From Myxococcota bacterium (lineage in GTDB: Bacteria > Myxococcota_A > Polyangia > Nannocystales > Nannocystaceae): 64,000 nt of DNA. The stretch covers positions 224,001 to 288,000 of the forward strand of contig JBCCHT010000006.1 of NCBI GenBank assembly GCA_039028615.1, read 5' to 3'. Each line of letters starts with the position of its first letter. The stretch's first letter is position 1. Positions 1-9,379 of this stretch are shown here, piece by piece. The notes beneath the pieces were generated by a model. That model was not told where the DNA came from. It worked only from the letters and a program-made list of their open reading frames with translations, and searched no databases. Position numbers and translations under genes: made by a program.

Positions 1-945
1 GCCCTCACCTTTGCGCTGGCCACCCCCGCCCTCCCCTACGCCACGGTGTTCTACGGGCACCCGCTGTGCGCCAGCCTGCTGCTGTGGGCCTTCACCCTCG
101 TCACGCTGACGCCCGAGGAGGAGGCCGGCCCGCGCACGGGGGTGGTGGTGGGCACCTTGCTCGGCGTGGCGGTGTGCACCGAGTATCCCGCCGCCGTACC
201 CACGCTGATCCTCATGGGGCTCGCCGCGTGGCGACTGGGCTGGCGCTTCACGGTGTACGTCGCGCTCGGCGGCCTGCCTTGGGCGGCGGCGCTGGCCGGC
301 TATCACGTGGCTGCGTTCGGCTCGCCCTTCAAGACCGGCTACGACTTCGTGTACCTCGAAGAGTTCGCCGAGGGCATGCGCGTCAACTACGGCATCGGCG
401 TGCCTCGGCCCGAGGTGGCGTGGTCGCTGCTGTGGGGGAGCTATCGCGGGCTGCTCTACCTGTGCCCGGTGCTCATGCTGGCGCTGTGGGGCTTGGTCCC
501 CGTGATCCGCGACCCGGGGTCACTGCCGCGGGCCTCGGTCGTCGCCGCCATCGCCATCGCGGCGTTCTTCCTCCTGCTCAACTCCGGCTACTACATGTGG
601 GACGGCGGCGCGGCCTTTGGACCGCGTCACCTCGTGCCCTTGCTCGGCCTGCTCATGCTCGGCGCCCTGCCGGCCTACCAGGTCGCGCCCCGACTCTTCG
701 CCGTGCTCGCGGTGGTCAGCGTGATCCACATGGTGCTGGGCGCGGCCGCCACCCCCGAGGCGCCCCAGTTCGGCAACCCCCTGTGGGAGTACGCCTGGCC
801 CCGGACCCAGGGGGCCGTGGCCGCGGTCCCCGGGCGAGCCACCAACGTGGGGCTGCTGCTCGGCCTCCCCGGCCTGCTCAGCCTGATCCCGTTGCTCGGC
901 CCGTGGCTGTGGGCCGCCCCGGCCGCTCTCAAAAACGACCCGTGA
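1..945 (+). CDS. Polytopic membrane protein, GT-C/ArnT-like glycosyltransferase family (5'-truncated by window edge)
   Basis: Frame is open from base 1 (ALTFALATPALPYATVFYGH...). Many TM segments and the motif WDGGAAFGPRHLVP, shared with 4439-5947. Confidence 0.65.
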   Translation, partial: ALTFALATPALPYATVFYGHPLCASLLLWAFTLVTLTPEEEAGPRTGVVVGTLLGVAVCTEYPAAVPTLILMGLAAWRLGWRFTVYVALGGLPWAAALAGYHVAAFGSPFKTGYDFVYLEEFAEGMRVNYGIGVPRPEVAWSLLWGSYRGLLYLCPVLMLALWGLVPVIRDPGSLPRASVVAAIAIAAFFLLLNSGYYMWDGGAAFGPRHLVPLLGLLMLGALPAYQVAPRLFAVLAVVSVIHMVLGAAATPEAPQFGNPLWEYAWPRTQGAVAAVPGRATNVGLLLGLPGLLSLIPLLGPWLWAAPAALKNDP

Positions 946-1765
946 CGCCCACGCCCGAGCCCGTACGGCCGGCGTAGGGCACCACGAAGACCCGCGCCTG
1001 CGAGTCGCTCGACGACTTGCGCGACAGCATCCACCAGCGCACGCCGCCGGCCGCCCCCACCGCGAGGCCGACCCCGGTCAGGATGCCGCCGCCCAGCAGC
1101 AGCTTGGGCTGCAGCTCCAGGCGATCGACGAAGGTCCCGTAGTCGGGCGCGCGATCGGGCGAGAGCACGCCGGCCGAGATGAGCAGCGCCGCGCCGACCA
1201 ACACCGAGGTTCCACCCACGCCCACCAGCGCTCCGCCGAGCGGATCGCGATACCAGGGGTTGTCATCCCGTGGGGTGGGCTCGGGCGTAACCGGCTGGAT
1301 ATCCAGGTCGTCATCGCCGGGCGCGGGCCCGATGTCTTCACCCGTACCGTCGTCGGTGGCCCGAGCGCTCGCGGCGAGTTCCTCGGCGCAGATTCCCTTG
1401 GCCTGCAGCGCGTTTTGTTTCATGTCCTCGTTCGTCGTCATCTCGATGAACGAGTTGAACAGCGGCACCGCCTCGACGCAGTTGCCGTTCTGGCGCTCGG
1501 CCTGGGCCCACAGAAACAGCAAGCCCTCGTTGGGCTCGAGCTCGTAGCCGGCCTCGGCCTCCCGAATGGCCCCGTCGAAATCCTTGGCGGTATAGAACTC
1601 GACCGCGCGATCGAAGTGCGCCCGTGCCTTGGCGTTCTTGGGCTTGGAGGGCGCCGCTTCGGCCGTGGTCGCCGCGAGACTCAGGGCGGCTCCCAGCGCA
1701 AACGCCAGGCCCACCCGGCGACGGGAGCTTCGGGTCAGATCGGAAAAGGAGAGTCGGGATCCCAT
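929..1765 (-). CDS. Secreted TPR protein with Gly-rich hydrophobic hairpin and C-terminal GRF (myxobacterial type)
   Basis: Signal peptide (AATTAEA-AP), TPR-like helices (ARAHFDRAVEFY...AIREAEAGYEL.P), two hydrophobic helices, ends GVGVTGRF. Confidence 0.7.
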   Translation of the reverse strand: MGSRLSFSDLTRSSRRRVGLAFALGAALSLAATTAEAAPSKPKNAKARAHFDRAVEFYTAKDFDGAIREAEAGYELEPNEGLLFLWAQAERQNGNCVEAVPLFNSFIEMTTNEDMKQNALQAKGICAEELAASARATDDGTGEDIGPAPGDDDLDIQPVTPEPTPRDDNPWYRDPLGGALVGVGGTSVLVGAALLISAGVLSPDRAPDYGTFVDRLELQPKLLLGGGILTGVGLAVGAAGGVRWWMLSRKSSSDSQARVFVVPYAGRTGSGVGVTGRF

Positions 1766-3381
1766 TGTTTGGGCTTGGAGCCAGACGAGCCGCTGGAGGT
1801 GGGTCGCTTGGTCCGCTTCTTCGTCCGCTTGGCCGGGGCCTCGGCGGGCGAGTCCGTCTTATCATCTTTCGACTCGTCCGAGGATTCGGGCTCCGCCGTC
1901 CCCTCCTCGGACGCAGGCTCGTCGACCACGATTTCCGGCTCGGGTTCGGGCTCCGGTTCCACCGGGACGATTTCGGGCTCGGGCTCGGGCTCGGGCTCGG
2001 GTTGAGGCTCGGCGACCGGCTCGGCCGGAGCGGGCGACTCGACGATCGTGCTCGGCACGAGTCGTTCTTCGCCGGTCGGAGACTCGCTGCCCGCAAAGAA
2101 GCTGAGGTAGACGGTGGCCACGATTCCACCGATCAAACCGATCGCCGCCACCAGAGCCAACGCGAACACCGCGGGGCTGGTCTTGCGCTGCTGCTCACCG
2201 AGCCGAATGTCGGTGGCCGACGCCGCCGCGTGGCCGAGACCCCCGGGCGCGGGCGTGCCTTGCATCTGGCTGTGGCGAACCTCGCTGGGGGTGAGGTCCG
2301 CGACGGCATCCTGCATCGGGGGCGGCGCTCCGGCGCCCAGCATCTCGCGCGACAACGCGGGCCGCGGCGTCGTCGGTTGCTCCTCGAGCCGGTCGAAGGC
2401 CAGTCGCTGCTGGCTCTCGCGAATCTCGTCCTCGAACAGCCCGCGCATGAACTTCGCCATGCGAGCGGAGGACACGGGCAGGCGAGCCTCTCGGGCGAAG
2501 TCCTCGAGGTCGACTTGCAGGTCGAGCGCCGAGCGATAGCGGTGGTCGCGATCGGCCTGCAGCGCCCGCATCACGATGGCTTCGAGCTCGGGCGGATAGT
2601 CGCCGCGAATGGTCGTGGGCAGAGGCACCTCGCCCTTGGCGACCTTGTTGATCACCGCGAACTCGTTGTCGCCCGCGAACAGCCGCGCCCCGGTGGTCAG
2701 CTCCCACATCAGCGTACCGATGGAGAAGATGTCGCTGCGGCGGTCGACCAGCTCACCCCGACACTGCTCGGGCGACATGTAAGGGATCTTGCCCTTGAGC
2801 GTGCCCGCCACCGTGTTCGACTGCGCCGTCGCTGCCTTCGCGATGCCGAAGTCCACGATCTTCACCCCGCCGTCGTAGGTGACCAGCACGTTCGACGGCG
2901 AGACGTCGCGGTGCACGATGCCCAGCGGTTGCCCGTCCAGGCCAATCTTCTCGTGGGCGTGGTTGAGGCCGGCCGCGACCCCCATGATGATGTGGAGGAT
3001 GTGCTCGAGCGGGAGCGGTTGTTGTGCCCGCCGAGCCGCCCGAACCAAGTTGCGCAGGTCCTGACCCGCGACGTACTCCATCGTGAAGAAGTACGACTCG
3101 CCGTGCTCCCCGATGTCGTAGACCTGGACGATGTTGGGGTGGTGCAAGGTCGCGGCGAGCCGAGCCTCGGCCAGGAACATGCGGATGAAGTCGTCGCTCT
3201 GCGCGTGCTGGGGCAGAATCTTCTTGAGGACGACGATCTTCTCGAACCCGTGAATTGCGGTCGCACGGGCCAAGAAAATCTCGGCCATGCCCCCCGTCGC
3301 GAGGCGCTGGATCAGCTGGTACTTGCCCAGCATGGCTCCGGCTCCGCCTAGAACCGGGTCGACTCCTAAGCCCCCCTTCAC
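1735..3381 (-). CDS. Membrane-anchored Ser/Thr (Hanks) protein kinase with Pro/Glu-rich extracytoplasmic tail
   Basis: ATGGMAEIF, VVLKKI, HRDVSPSN, DFG, GKIPYMSPEQ, one TM, PE repeats, ends WDPDSPFPI. Confidence 0.95.
   Translation of the reverse strand: MKGGLGVDPVLGGAGAMLGKYQLIQRLATGGMAEIFLARATAIHGFEKIVVLKKILPQHAQSDDFIRMFLAEARLAATLHHPNIVQVYDIGEHGESYFFTMEYVAGQDLRNLVRAARRAQQPLPLEHILHIIMGVAAGLNHAHEKIGLDGQPLGIVHRDVSPSNVLVTYDGGVKIVDFGIAKAATAQSNTVAGTLKGKIPYMSPEQCRGELVDRRSDIFSIGTLMWELTTGARLFAGDNEFAVINKVAKGEVPLPTTIRGDYPPELEAIVMRALQADRDHRYRSALDLQVDLEDFAREARLPVSSARMAKFMRGLFEDEIRESQQRLAFDRLEEQPTTPRPALSREMLGAGAPPPMQDAVADLTPSEVRHSQMQGTPAPGGLGHAAASATDIRLGEQQRKTSPAVFALALVAAIGLIGGIVATVYLSFFAGSESPTGEERLVPSTIVESPAPAEPVAEPQPEPEPEPEPEIVPVEPEPEPEPEIVVDEPASEEGTAEPESSDESKDDKTDSPAEAPAKRTKKRTKRPTSSGSSGSKPKQWDPDSPFPI
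1933..2010 (-). repeat. Hexamer-like (CCCGAG)n coding repeat giving a PEPEPE linker
   Basis: tcgggc tandem units on the + strand inside the kinase gene. Confidence 0.85.
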
Positions 3382-3535
3382 CGCGCACCGACTCTATCGT
3401 GAGCTTTCGCGGCGGATCAAACGCCCGGCGCGCACCGTTGCGGAATGAACGGCGTTCGGTGGCGCGAGCCCCCAGACCCGAACGGGCGCGACGGCCGTCG
3501 GCGCGCCCCGTTTTCGATGCGCTATCCTCCCCGCG

Positions 3536-3772
3536 ATGTCGCACCCCCGTGTCGTCCGAGCCGCGCTGATGGGCCTGTTGATGGTGGGCGTGTTGGCGTG
3601 GGCCGACGCCACGCCCGCGCACGCATCGACCGAAGACGTCCTGGTCAACGACGAAGCCGCGGCCGAGTCCGGCTCGTCCGGCTGGGGTCCCATCGTGGGC
3701 GGGTGCCTCGGTGTGCTGTTCGGCGGCGGGCTCGCCGTCTGGCAGATCCGCAGCATGGCCAACCGGGATTGA
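3536..3772 (+). CDS. Small protein with signal peptide and C-terminal TM anchor
   Basis: 78 aa: hydrophobic N-terminus ending AHA, short acidic linker, Gly-rich TM, basic tail. GC-rich third positions. Confidence 0.6.
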   Translation: MSHPRVVRAALMGLLMVGVLAWADATPAHASTEDVLVNDEAAAESGSSGWGPIVGGCLGVLFGGGLAVWQIRSMANRD

Positions 3773-3969
3773 TCACTTCCTGGGTCCAGAGGTCGAAAAT
3801 GCGCATTCGCCCCACGGGCAGTGCGAAAATCTCGGGCCTGGCGCGCATCCCGTATGCCGCAGAACGTTGATCCCATTAGGCAATCAGCGCTGAACCGGCA
3901 TGCGCAATCGTGAGCGCCCGCGTGTGCAGACACTTGACCACCCGCGCACAACCGGGCCAAAGTGGCCCC

Positions 3970-4404
3970 ATGGTTCGGCAGGGGCTCTTAGCTTTTCTCG
4001 TCATTGGACTCGTCGCCTGCACGCAGGACGTCGACGACCCCGCCACCTTTACGGCTGGTAACACTGCGGGCGCCAGCACCACTGGCGAGGTCAGTGCTCA
4101 GACTTCGTCGACCACCGACCCCGGCAACACCTCGGTCGACGACAACGGCAACGGAATGACGTCGACGACCGGCGACGCGGCCGACTCGAGTGGCGGCGGC
4201 GGCATGAACACCTCGACCGGCGGCGGCGGCAACGGCAACTGCGGGAACGGGGCCATCGACGCGGGTGAGCAGTGCGACGGCATGGACCTGCAGGGCTTCG
4301 ACTGCGCGGCCCTTGGCCTCAGCGGCGGCACCCTGGCCTGCGACCCGATGATGTGCACGTTCGATACTTCGATGTGCAACGCCGGCCCCGGCACCTCGGG
4401 CTGA
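3970..4404 (+). CDS. Ser/Thr/Gly-rich lipoprotein with a myxobacterial Cys-rich repeat
   Basis: Lipobox LVAC after ATG 3970; CGNGAIDAGEQCDG followed by a further Cys cluster. Confidence 0.85.
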   Translation: MVRQGLLAFLVIGLVACTQDVDDPATFTAGNTAGASTTGEVSAQTSSTTDPGNTSVDDNGNGMTSTTGDAADSSGGGGMNTSTGGGGNGNCGNGAIDAGEQCDGMDLQGFDCAALGLSGGTLACDPMMCTFDTSMCNAGPGTSG

Positions 4405-4438
4405 GCCTCCTGTTCCCCGGCTAGCCGGCTCGCTCGCC

Positions 4439-5947
4439 GTGGGTTCGAGACCGCGCATCGCCCTGTGGCTGTTGTGCGCGGCCGTCTATCTTTGCTTCGC
4501 CCCGGGCCGGATCCTCTACCCGGACGACGAGATCGTCTTTCAGACCACGCGCTCGCTGTGGGAGAGAGGCGATCTCGCAATTGAGGGGATCCCCAAACGA
4601 ACCGGGGAAAACAAAGGCCGACCCGACGGCACGTTCGGCTGGGCCCACGGCGTCGACGGGCGCCGCTATGGGTTCTTCGGCCACGCCCAGTCCATCGTCG
4701 CTCTGCCCCTTTATGGCGTAGGCCGGGCCGCGATCACGAGCACCCCGCCTGCCTGGCGCCACGTGATCCGCTCGGATCACTACTTCATGCACCGCCGCTC
4801 ACCGCAGGCGGACTGGCCCCGGCTCACCGTCAGCCTCACCAACGCGTTCATCACCGCGTTCGCGGTGCTGCTGCTGGTGGAGTGGCTGCGTGCGCTCGGC
4901 TATCGCGACCGCATCGCGGTGCTCGTGGGCTTGGTCTACGCCTTCGGCACGACCGCCTGGGCGTATAGCGGCACCTTCCTGTCGGAGCCGCTGTCGAGCG
5001 CGATGTTGCTGGCCACCGCGTGGGGCATCGCGAAGTTCCATCGGCGAAGACGCGACGACCCCGACGACCCGATCGCACGCCGTTGGTTGTGGATGGCGGG
5101 ACTCGTCGCCGGGCTGTCCGTGCATGCCCATGTGCTGAACCTGCTCGCGGTCCCTCCCCTGCTCGCCTACGCGCTGGTGCCCATCCATCGCGACGGCGCA
5201 TGGCGACGGGAACGAAGCGCGTGGATCGGCGCCGTCGTGTTGGGCGCCCTGGGCCCGCTGCTGCTCGGCCTGACCCAGTACCTGCGCTTCGGCGATCCCT
5301 GGCAGACGGGTCGCTACGATCACTACGGCTACTGGGTGAACCCGCTGCCGGGTGCCATCGGACAGCTGGTGGGGCCGGGTCGCAGCATCCTGTGGTACTC
5401 GCCCGCGCTGCTCGTCGCCGCGCTCGGCTGGAAGCGCGCCTGGGTGCGTCACCGCGACGTGGCCATCATGGTGCTCGCGGTGTTCGTCATTCGCTGGCTG
5501 TTCACCGCGACGCGCAGCGACTGGTGGGGCGGCTGGGGCATCGGGCCGCGCTACCTCGTGCCCATGCTTCCGCTGTTGCTGTTGCCGCTGGCGCCCCTGC
5601 TCGAAGGGCTCACCGACGCCTCGCGACGCAAGAAGGTGGCGGTCGCCATCGCTCTGGTCGCATGTGGGCTGGTGCAGCTGCACTTGGCCCTACACAGCAT
5701 CTTCGAATGGATGCTCCGCCTGCTGGCCCAGACGGACGCTTCGCTCGACTACCTCGATCGCTCGCACTGGGACCCCACCGCCAGCCCGTTGCTCGGGTTC
5801 TTCTCGCTGCCGCCCGACGTATTGTCGTGGCAAGCCTGGCGCCTGGCCCAACATGGACACACGGGGCCGCTGTGGATCTATGGGGGTGTCGTGTTCGTCG
5901 GCCTCATCGGTGCGTTCTTACTGATACGATGGTTGCTCGAGAGGTGA
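4439..5947 (+). CDS. Polytopic membrane protein, GT-C/lipid-carrier-dependent glycosyltransferase-like
   Basis: Acidic DDE after the first TM, about 10 TMs, WWGGWGIGPRYLVP motif. Confidence 0.7.
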   Translation: MGSRPRIALWLLCAAVYLCFAPGRILYPDDEIVFQTTRSLWERGDLAIEGIPKRTGENKGRPDGTFGWAHGVDGRRYGFFGHAQSIVALPLYGVGRAAITSTPPAWRHVIRSDHYFMHRRSPQADWPRLTVSLTNAFITAFAVLLLVEWLRALGYRDRIAVLVGLVYAFGTTAWAYSGTFLSEPLSSAMLLATAWGIAKFHRRRRDDPDDPIARRWLWMAGLVAGLSVHAHVLNLLAVPPLLAYALVPIHRDGAWRRERSAWIGAVVLGALGPLLLGLTQYLRFGDPWQTGRYDHYGYWVNPLPGAIGQLVGPGRSILWYSPALLVAALGWKRAWVRHRDVAIMVLAVFVIRWLFTATRSDWWGGWGIGPRYLVPMLPLLLLPLAPLLEGLTDASRRKKVAVAIALVACGLVQLHLALHSIFEWMLRLLAQTDASLDYLDRSHWDPTASPLLGFFSLPPDVLSWQAWRLAQHGHTGPLWIYGGVVFVGLIGAFLLIRWLLER

Positions 5948-5992
5948 TCGTTCCGTCGCTTCTCGGCACTACCGTGGCAGAGGTGCGCCTTG

Positions 5993-7012
5993 ATGCAGAC
6001 CCGATTTAGCTTTGTTAGTTCCTTACTCTCCCTCTCGACAGCAGCGTTCGTTTCGATGGCGGCTAGCGGCTGTTGGTCGTCCAGCAACGCCGACGACGAC
6101 GACTTCGAGCTCGACGACGGTGACCCCATCGACAACGACGAAGTCGTCGACCCGCACTCGTCCGACTCCATCTCCACCGAAGATCTGCTCCAGTGCGCGG
6201 ATCGGGAGGACATCGACCAATCCCTCGCGATCACCTTCGATTTCGAGATCAGCGCCCACGAGATGATCGCCTGCGGTGGCCTGGTCTTCGGCATCGTCGG
6301 CGCGTTGGTCGAGGGCATCATCGAGCTGGCCGAGAACCCCAACGCGTCCACGCTCCCCGATGGCGTCGAGTTCGATGGCGAGGGCACCTACTTCGTCCAG
6401 CCCGCGACCTTCGACGACCTCCGCATGGAGAACCGCTTCTACTTCGGCCGCGACTACGAGGTCGGGGCGCGGGGCGAGCTCATCACCGACAACCTGTTCG
6501 TGATGTCGAGCTACCTCCGGTCGCCGCAGACCACGGTCGACGTCTCCAACTTCCCCGAGGTCCGCATCGAGATCAGCCACGACGGCCCGGGGCCCTTGGT
6601 CGAGCTGCTCGGGCTGGGTGCCGAGCCGCCCAACCCCATCGTGGTCGGGAACAGCACCCTCAACGAGGCGCAGGCCAACCTCCGCGACATCGAGGTCGAG
6701 TCGATCATCTTCTTCACCGATCGCCCCGGCTCCTCCACCATCGAGTACTCGGTCGACTCGCCGCGCATGCTCGCGCAGTCCTTCCTGACCGGCAGCCCGA
6801 TGGCGCTGAACATGGTCAACGCCAGCGGTACCGGCATCCCGCTCGACCAGGAGCTCACCGTCGATGTGTGGGGCATCGAGTACGACGATGGCGTGGGCGC
6901 CCTCAACGGCAACATCGACTTCACCGTGCGGGGCGGCCCCTTCGACTACGTCTCGCGCTTCTTCTACGACGGATCGGGCTGGCCCGAGATTTCCTTCGCC
7001 TGCGCCGAGTAG
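5993..7012 (+). CDS. Acidic lipoprotein of unknown function
   Basis: Signal peptide with ASGC lipobox, strong coding codon bias, no recognisable domain. Confidence 0.75.
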   Translation: MQTRFSFVSSLLSLSTAAFVSMAASGCWSSSNADDDDFELDDGDPIDNDEVVDPHSSDSISTEDLLQCADREDIDQSLAITFDFEISAHEMIACGGLVFGIVGALVEGIIELAENPNASTLPDGVEFDGEGTYFVQPATFDDLRMENRFYFGRDYEVGARGELITDNLFVMSSYLRSPQTTVDVSNFPEVRIEISHDGPGPLVELLGLGAEPPNPIVVGNSTLNEAQANLRDIEVESIIFFTDRPGSSTIEYSVDSPRMLAQSFLTGSPMALNMVNASGTGIPLDQELTVDVWGIEYDDGVGALNGNIDFTVRGGPFDYVSRFFYDGSGWPEISFACAE

Positions 7013-7017
7013 CGCGC

Positions 7018-8649
7018 TCAGCCGGCGGGCGGCGGCGGTGGCTCGGCGATGACCGAGACCCCGCTGCCCCCGGGATAGCCGTAGCTCACGTCCTCGGAGT
7101 AGCCCACCGACACGATGCCGAACCCGACGTCCTCGGTCTCGGTGCGGATCACGTGCGAGCCGACGCCGACGGGGACGTGGGCGTATTCCCAGCCCGCGCC
7201 CTCGAGCAGCGGCCCCGGGTGCCAGGTGACACCACCGACGACCTGCTCGTCGAGCAGGATGGGCTCGCCCTGCGGGCGATACACGGTCACGTAGTTCGCC
7301 TCGTAGCCGGCCGGCACGAGGAACACATACCGGTCGCGGAACTGGGCCGCGGCCGGCAGGGCGATCATGGCCGGGTCTCCGGGCTGCCCTGCCGGCCCCG
7401 CGAGGAACACGTTGCTCAGCAGGAACTGCGTGAGCGAGATGGGCTTGTCCGGGTCGAGGCTCCGCACCGAAAAGGGCGTGCTCGACTCGAAGCGTAGGGT
7501 CTGCCCCGCGTCGATGGTCATCGGCGCGCCCGCGGGCGCAGCGGGGGAGTACTCGAGTAGGGTGCCGTCGTAGACCCCGGTGATCCGAAACGCGCTGCGA
7601 TCCCCCGTGCCTGCACCCGAAGGCGCCGCCGCGGGGGCGGCCAGGTACGCGGTGCCCCAGGCCACCATGGGGAGCATCTGGTGCTCGAGGTGGTCGGCGC
7701 AGCACTGGCCCGGCTGAGGCTCGAGCGCGGCCACGTTGCCCGAGAACACCGCCACCGGAGCATCGGCCGTGACTCGACTGCCCGACAGGTTGCCGTCGCC
7801 CACCTGCCCCGGCACGGAGCCCGAAGACAAGAAGGTCGCCACCTCGCCGCGATCGAGGGTCACCTGGGTCGAGCCGGGATACAGCGACGCCGTCGCGTAC
7901 AGATCGACGGTGGTGCCGTCCTCGGTCGCGACCACCGAGACGAAGGCCCCCGCGTTGCTCGTGCCCGCGTCGGTGGTCAGCATCAGGCTGTCGCCAGTCA
8001 CCGCCGTATAGGCCTCGCCGAGCACGTGGGAGGGAAAGAGCAGCGAGGCATCGTTCGAGAACACGGGCGTCGTGTTGTCCAGCGGCTGGAACTGGTACGC
8101 GGTGATCGGCACGTCGGCCTCGATGCGATAGGCCATGCCCACGCTGTTGCCCTGCGAAGGCACGCTGGCCGCGGGCAGCCGGAACTCGTGCACCCCTCCC
8201 ACCGAGACGGTGGCCGCATCCACGGGCTGGTCGCTCGCCCCCGCGAAGATGTGCACCTGCGCCTCCACGTCACCCGCCGTATTCGCGACCACGACCGCGA
8301 ATTGCTGGTCTTCGGGCGGAGGGTTGCCGTGGGTGCTGGCCCAGACGTTGGGCAGATCGACCGCCCAGAACTCGCAGCCCTGGTTCGATGCCGCCTCCGC
8401 GACTTCCTGGCAGGGATCTTCGTGGCCGTCGCCCGCGTTGCCCTCGGCGCCCGCCGTGCCGGCCACGTCGAGCTTGTCGCCCGTGTCGTCGCCATCGGGG
8501 CTCACCCCGCCCGTGCTGCCGTCGCCGCCGTCGGTGCCGAAACCGCCGAGGCCTCCGCCCGCGCTCGCCGCGGTCGTTCGCGTTCCGTCATTGCCCCCGC
8601 ACCCGGCCGCGATGATGCACGCGGCCAATCCCCTCGTGACTGCTCCCAT
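7018..8649 (-). CDS. Lipoprotein with IgGFc-binding-protein N-terminal-like domain
   Basis: GGAG SD then MGAVTRGLAACIIAAGC; motifs GCEFWAVDL, YQFQPL, SNDASLL, DHLEHQM.P...WG..Y, SYGYPGG. Confidence 0.85.
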   Translation of the reverse strand: MGAVTRGLAACIIAAGCGGNDGTRTTAASAGGGLGGFGTDGGDGSTGGVSPDGDDTGDKLDVAGTAGAEGNAGDGHEDPCQEVAEAASNQGCEFWAVDLPNVWASTHGNPPPEDQQFAVVVANTAGDVEAQVHIFAGASDQPVDAATVSVGGVHEFRLPAASVPSQGNSVGMAYRIEADVPITAYQFQPLDNTTPVFSNDASLLFPSHVLGEAYTAVTGDSLMLTTDAGTSNAGAFVSVVATEDGTTVDLYATASLYPGSTQVTLDRGEVATFLSSGSVPGQVGDGNLSGSRVTADAPVAVFSGNVAALEPQPGQCCADHLEHQMLPMVAWGTAYLAAPAAAPSGAGTGDRSAFRITGVYDGTLLEYSPAAPAGAPMTIDAGQTLRFESSTPFSVRSLDPDKPISLTQFLLSNVFLAGPAGQPGDPAMIALPAAAQFRDRYVFLVPAGYEANYVTVYRPQGEPILLDEQVVGGVTWHPGPLLEGAGWEYAHVPVGVGSHVIRTETEDVGFGIVSVGYSEDVSYGYPGGSGVSVIAEPPPPPAG

Positions 8650-8681
8650 GTCTCCAGAGTCGGGAGCGGGAGCCGAGCGGT

Positions 8682-9320
8682 TCACTCCGGTTGTTCGAAA
8701 TCTCGAACGGCCCGCGCCCAGCCCTCCAGATCGCGCAAGGTGGACTCGCGCAGCGCCTCCGAGGGGGTCACCAGGGCAATGGCTTCCCGGAGCTTGGTCC
8801 GCCCCCGCATGAGCCGCGTCTTGATCGTGCCCTGAGGTACATCGAGCACCGTGGCGATCTCGGCCGTGGACAGGTCCTCCCAGTAGTGCAGCTCCAGGGC
8901 GATCTGGAGGTCGAGCGGGAGCCGGCGCAGCGCGACCAGCAGGACCCGCTGCTCCTCCCCCCGCACCGCGACCACGCTCGGCGAGGCCTGAATCTCGTGC
9001 AGCGAAAGCTCGCCGCGCTCCAGAGCGCCCAGCGAGGCCTGGTCGGGCACTCGGGTGCGCAAGCGATCGAGCAGCTTGAAGCGAGCGATGCCCAGCAGGT
9101 AGGCCACGAAGCTGCCTTCGCCCCGAAATCCGCGGCCCGCCTCCGACTCGACGCAGGCCAAGAAGGTCTGCTGCACCAGGTCGTCGACCCCGTCGTCGAC
9201 CTTGCCCGCGAAGAACCGAAACACCGAGCGAAAGTGGCGCGTCACGAGCCGATTGCCCGCGTCCGCGTCCCCGGCCCGCCAGGCATCGAGCAGCGCGAGG
9301 TCTGTGGCGGGCTCGACCAA
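8682..9320 (-). CDS. ECF-type RNA polymerase sigma factor
   Basis: DLALLDAWRAGD..AG..L; sigma2 DDLVQQTFL; sigma4 LRRLP...LELHYWEDLS..EIA.VL.VP.GTIKTRL.R.R. TTG start at 9320 assumed. Confidence 0.92.
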   Translation of the reverse strand: MVEPATDLALLDAWRAGDADAGNRLVTRHFRSVFRFFAGKVDDGVDDLVQQTFLACVESEAGRGFRGEGSFVAYLLGIARFKLLDRLRTRVPDQASLGALERGELSLHEIQASPSVVAVRGEEQRVLLVALRRLPLDLQIALELHYWEDLSTAEIATVLDVPQGTIKTRLMRGRTKLREAIALVTPSEALRESTLRDLEGWARAVRDFEQPE

Positions 9321-9379
9321 GGACCGCAGTGTAGTGCGCGACCCGGTCGGGGAGAAACCGGCGCGGGCCCGAGGCGCGT

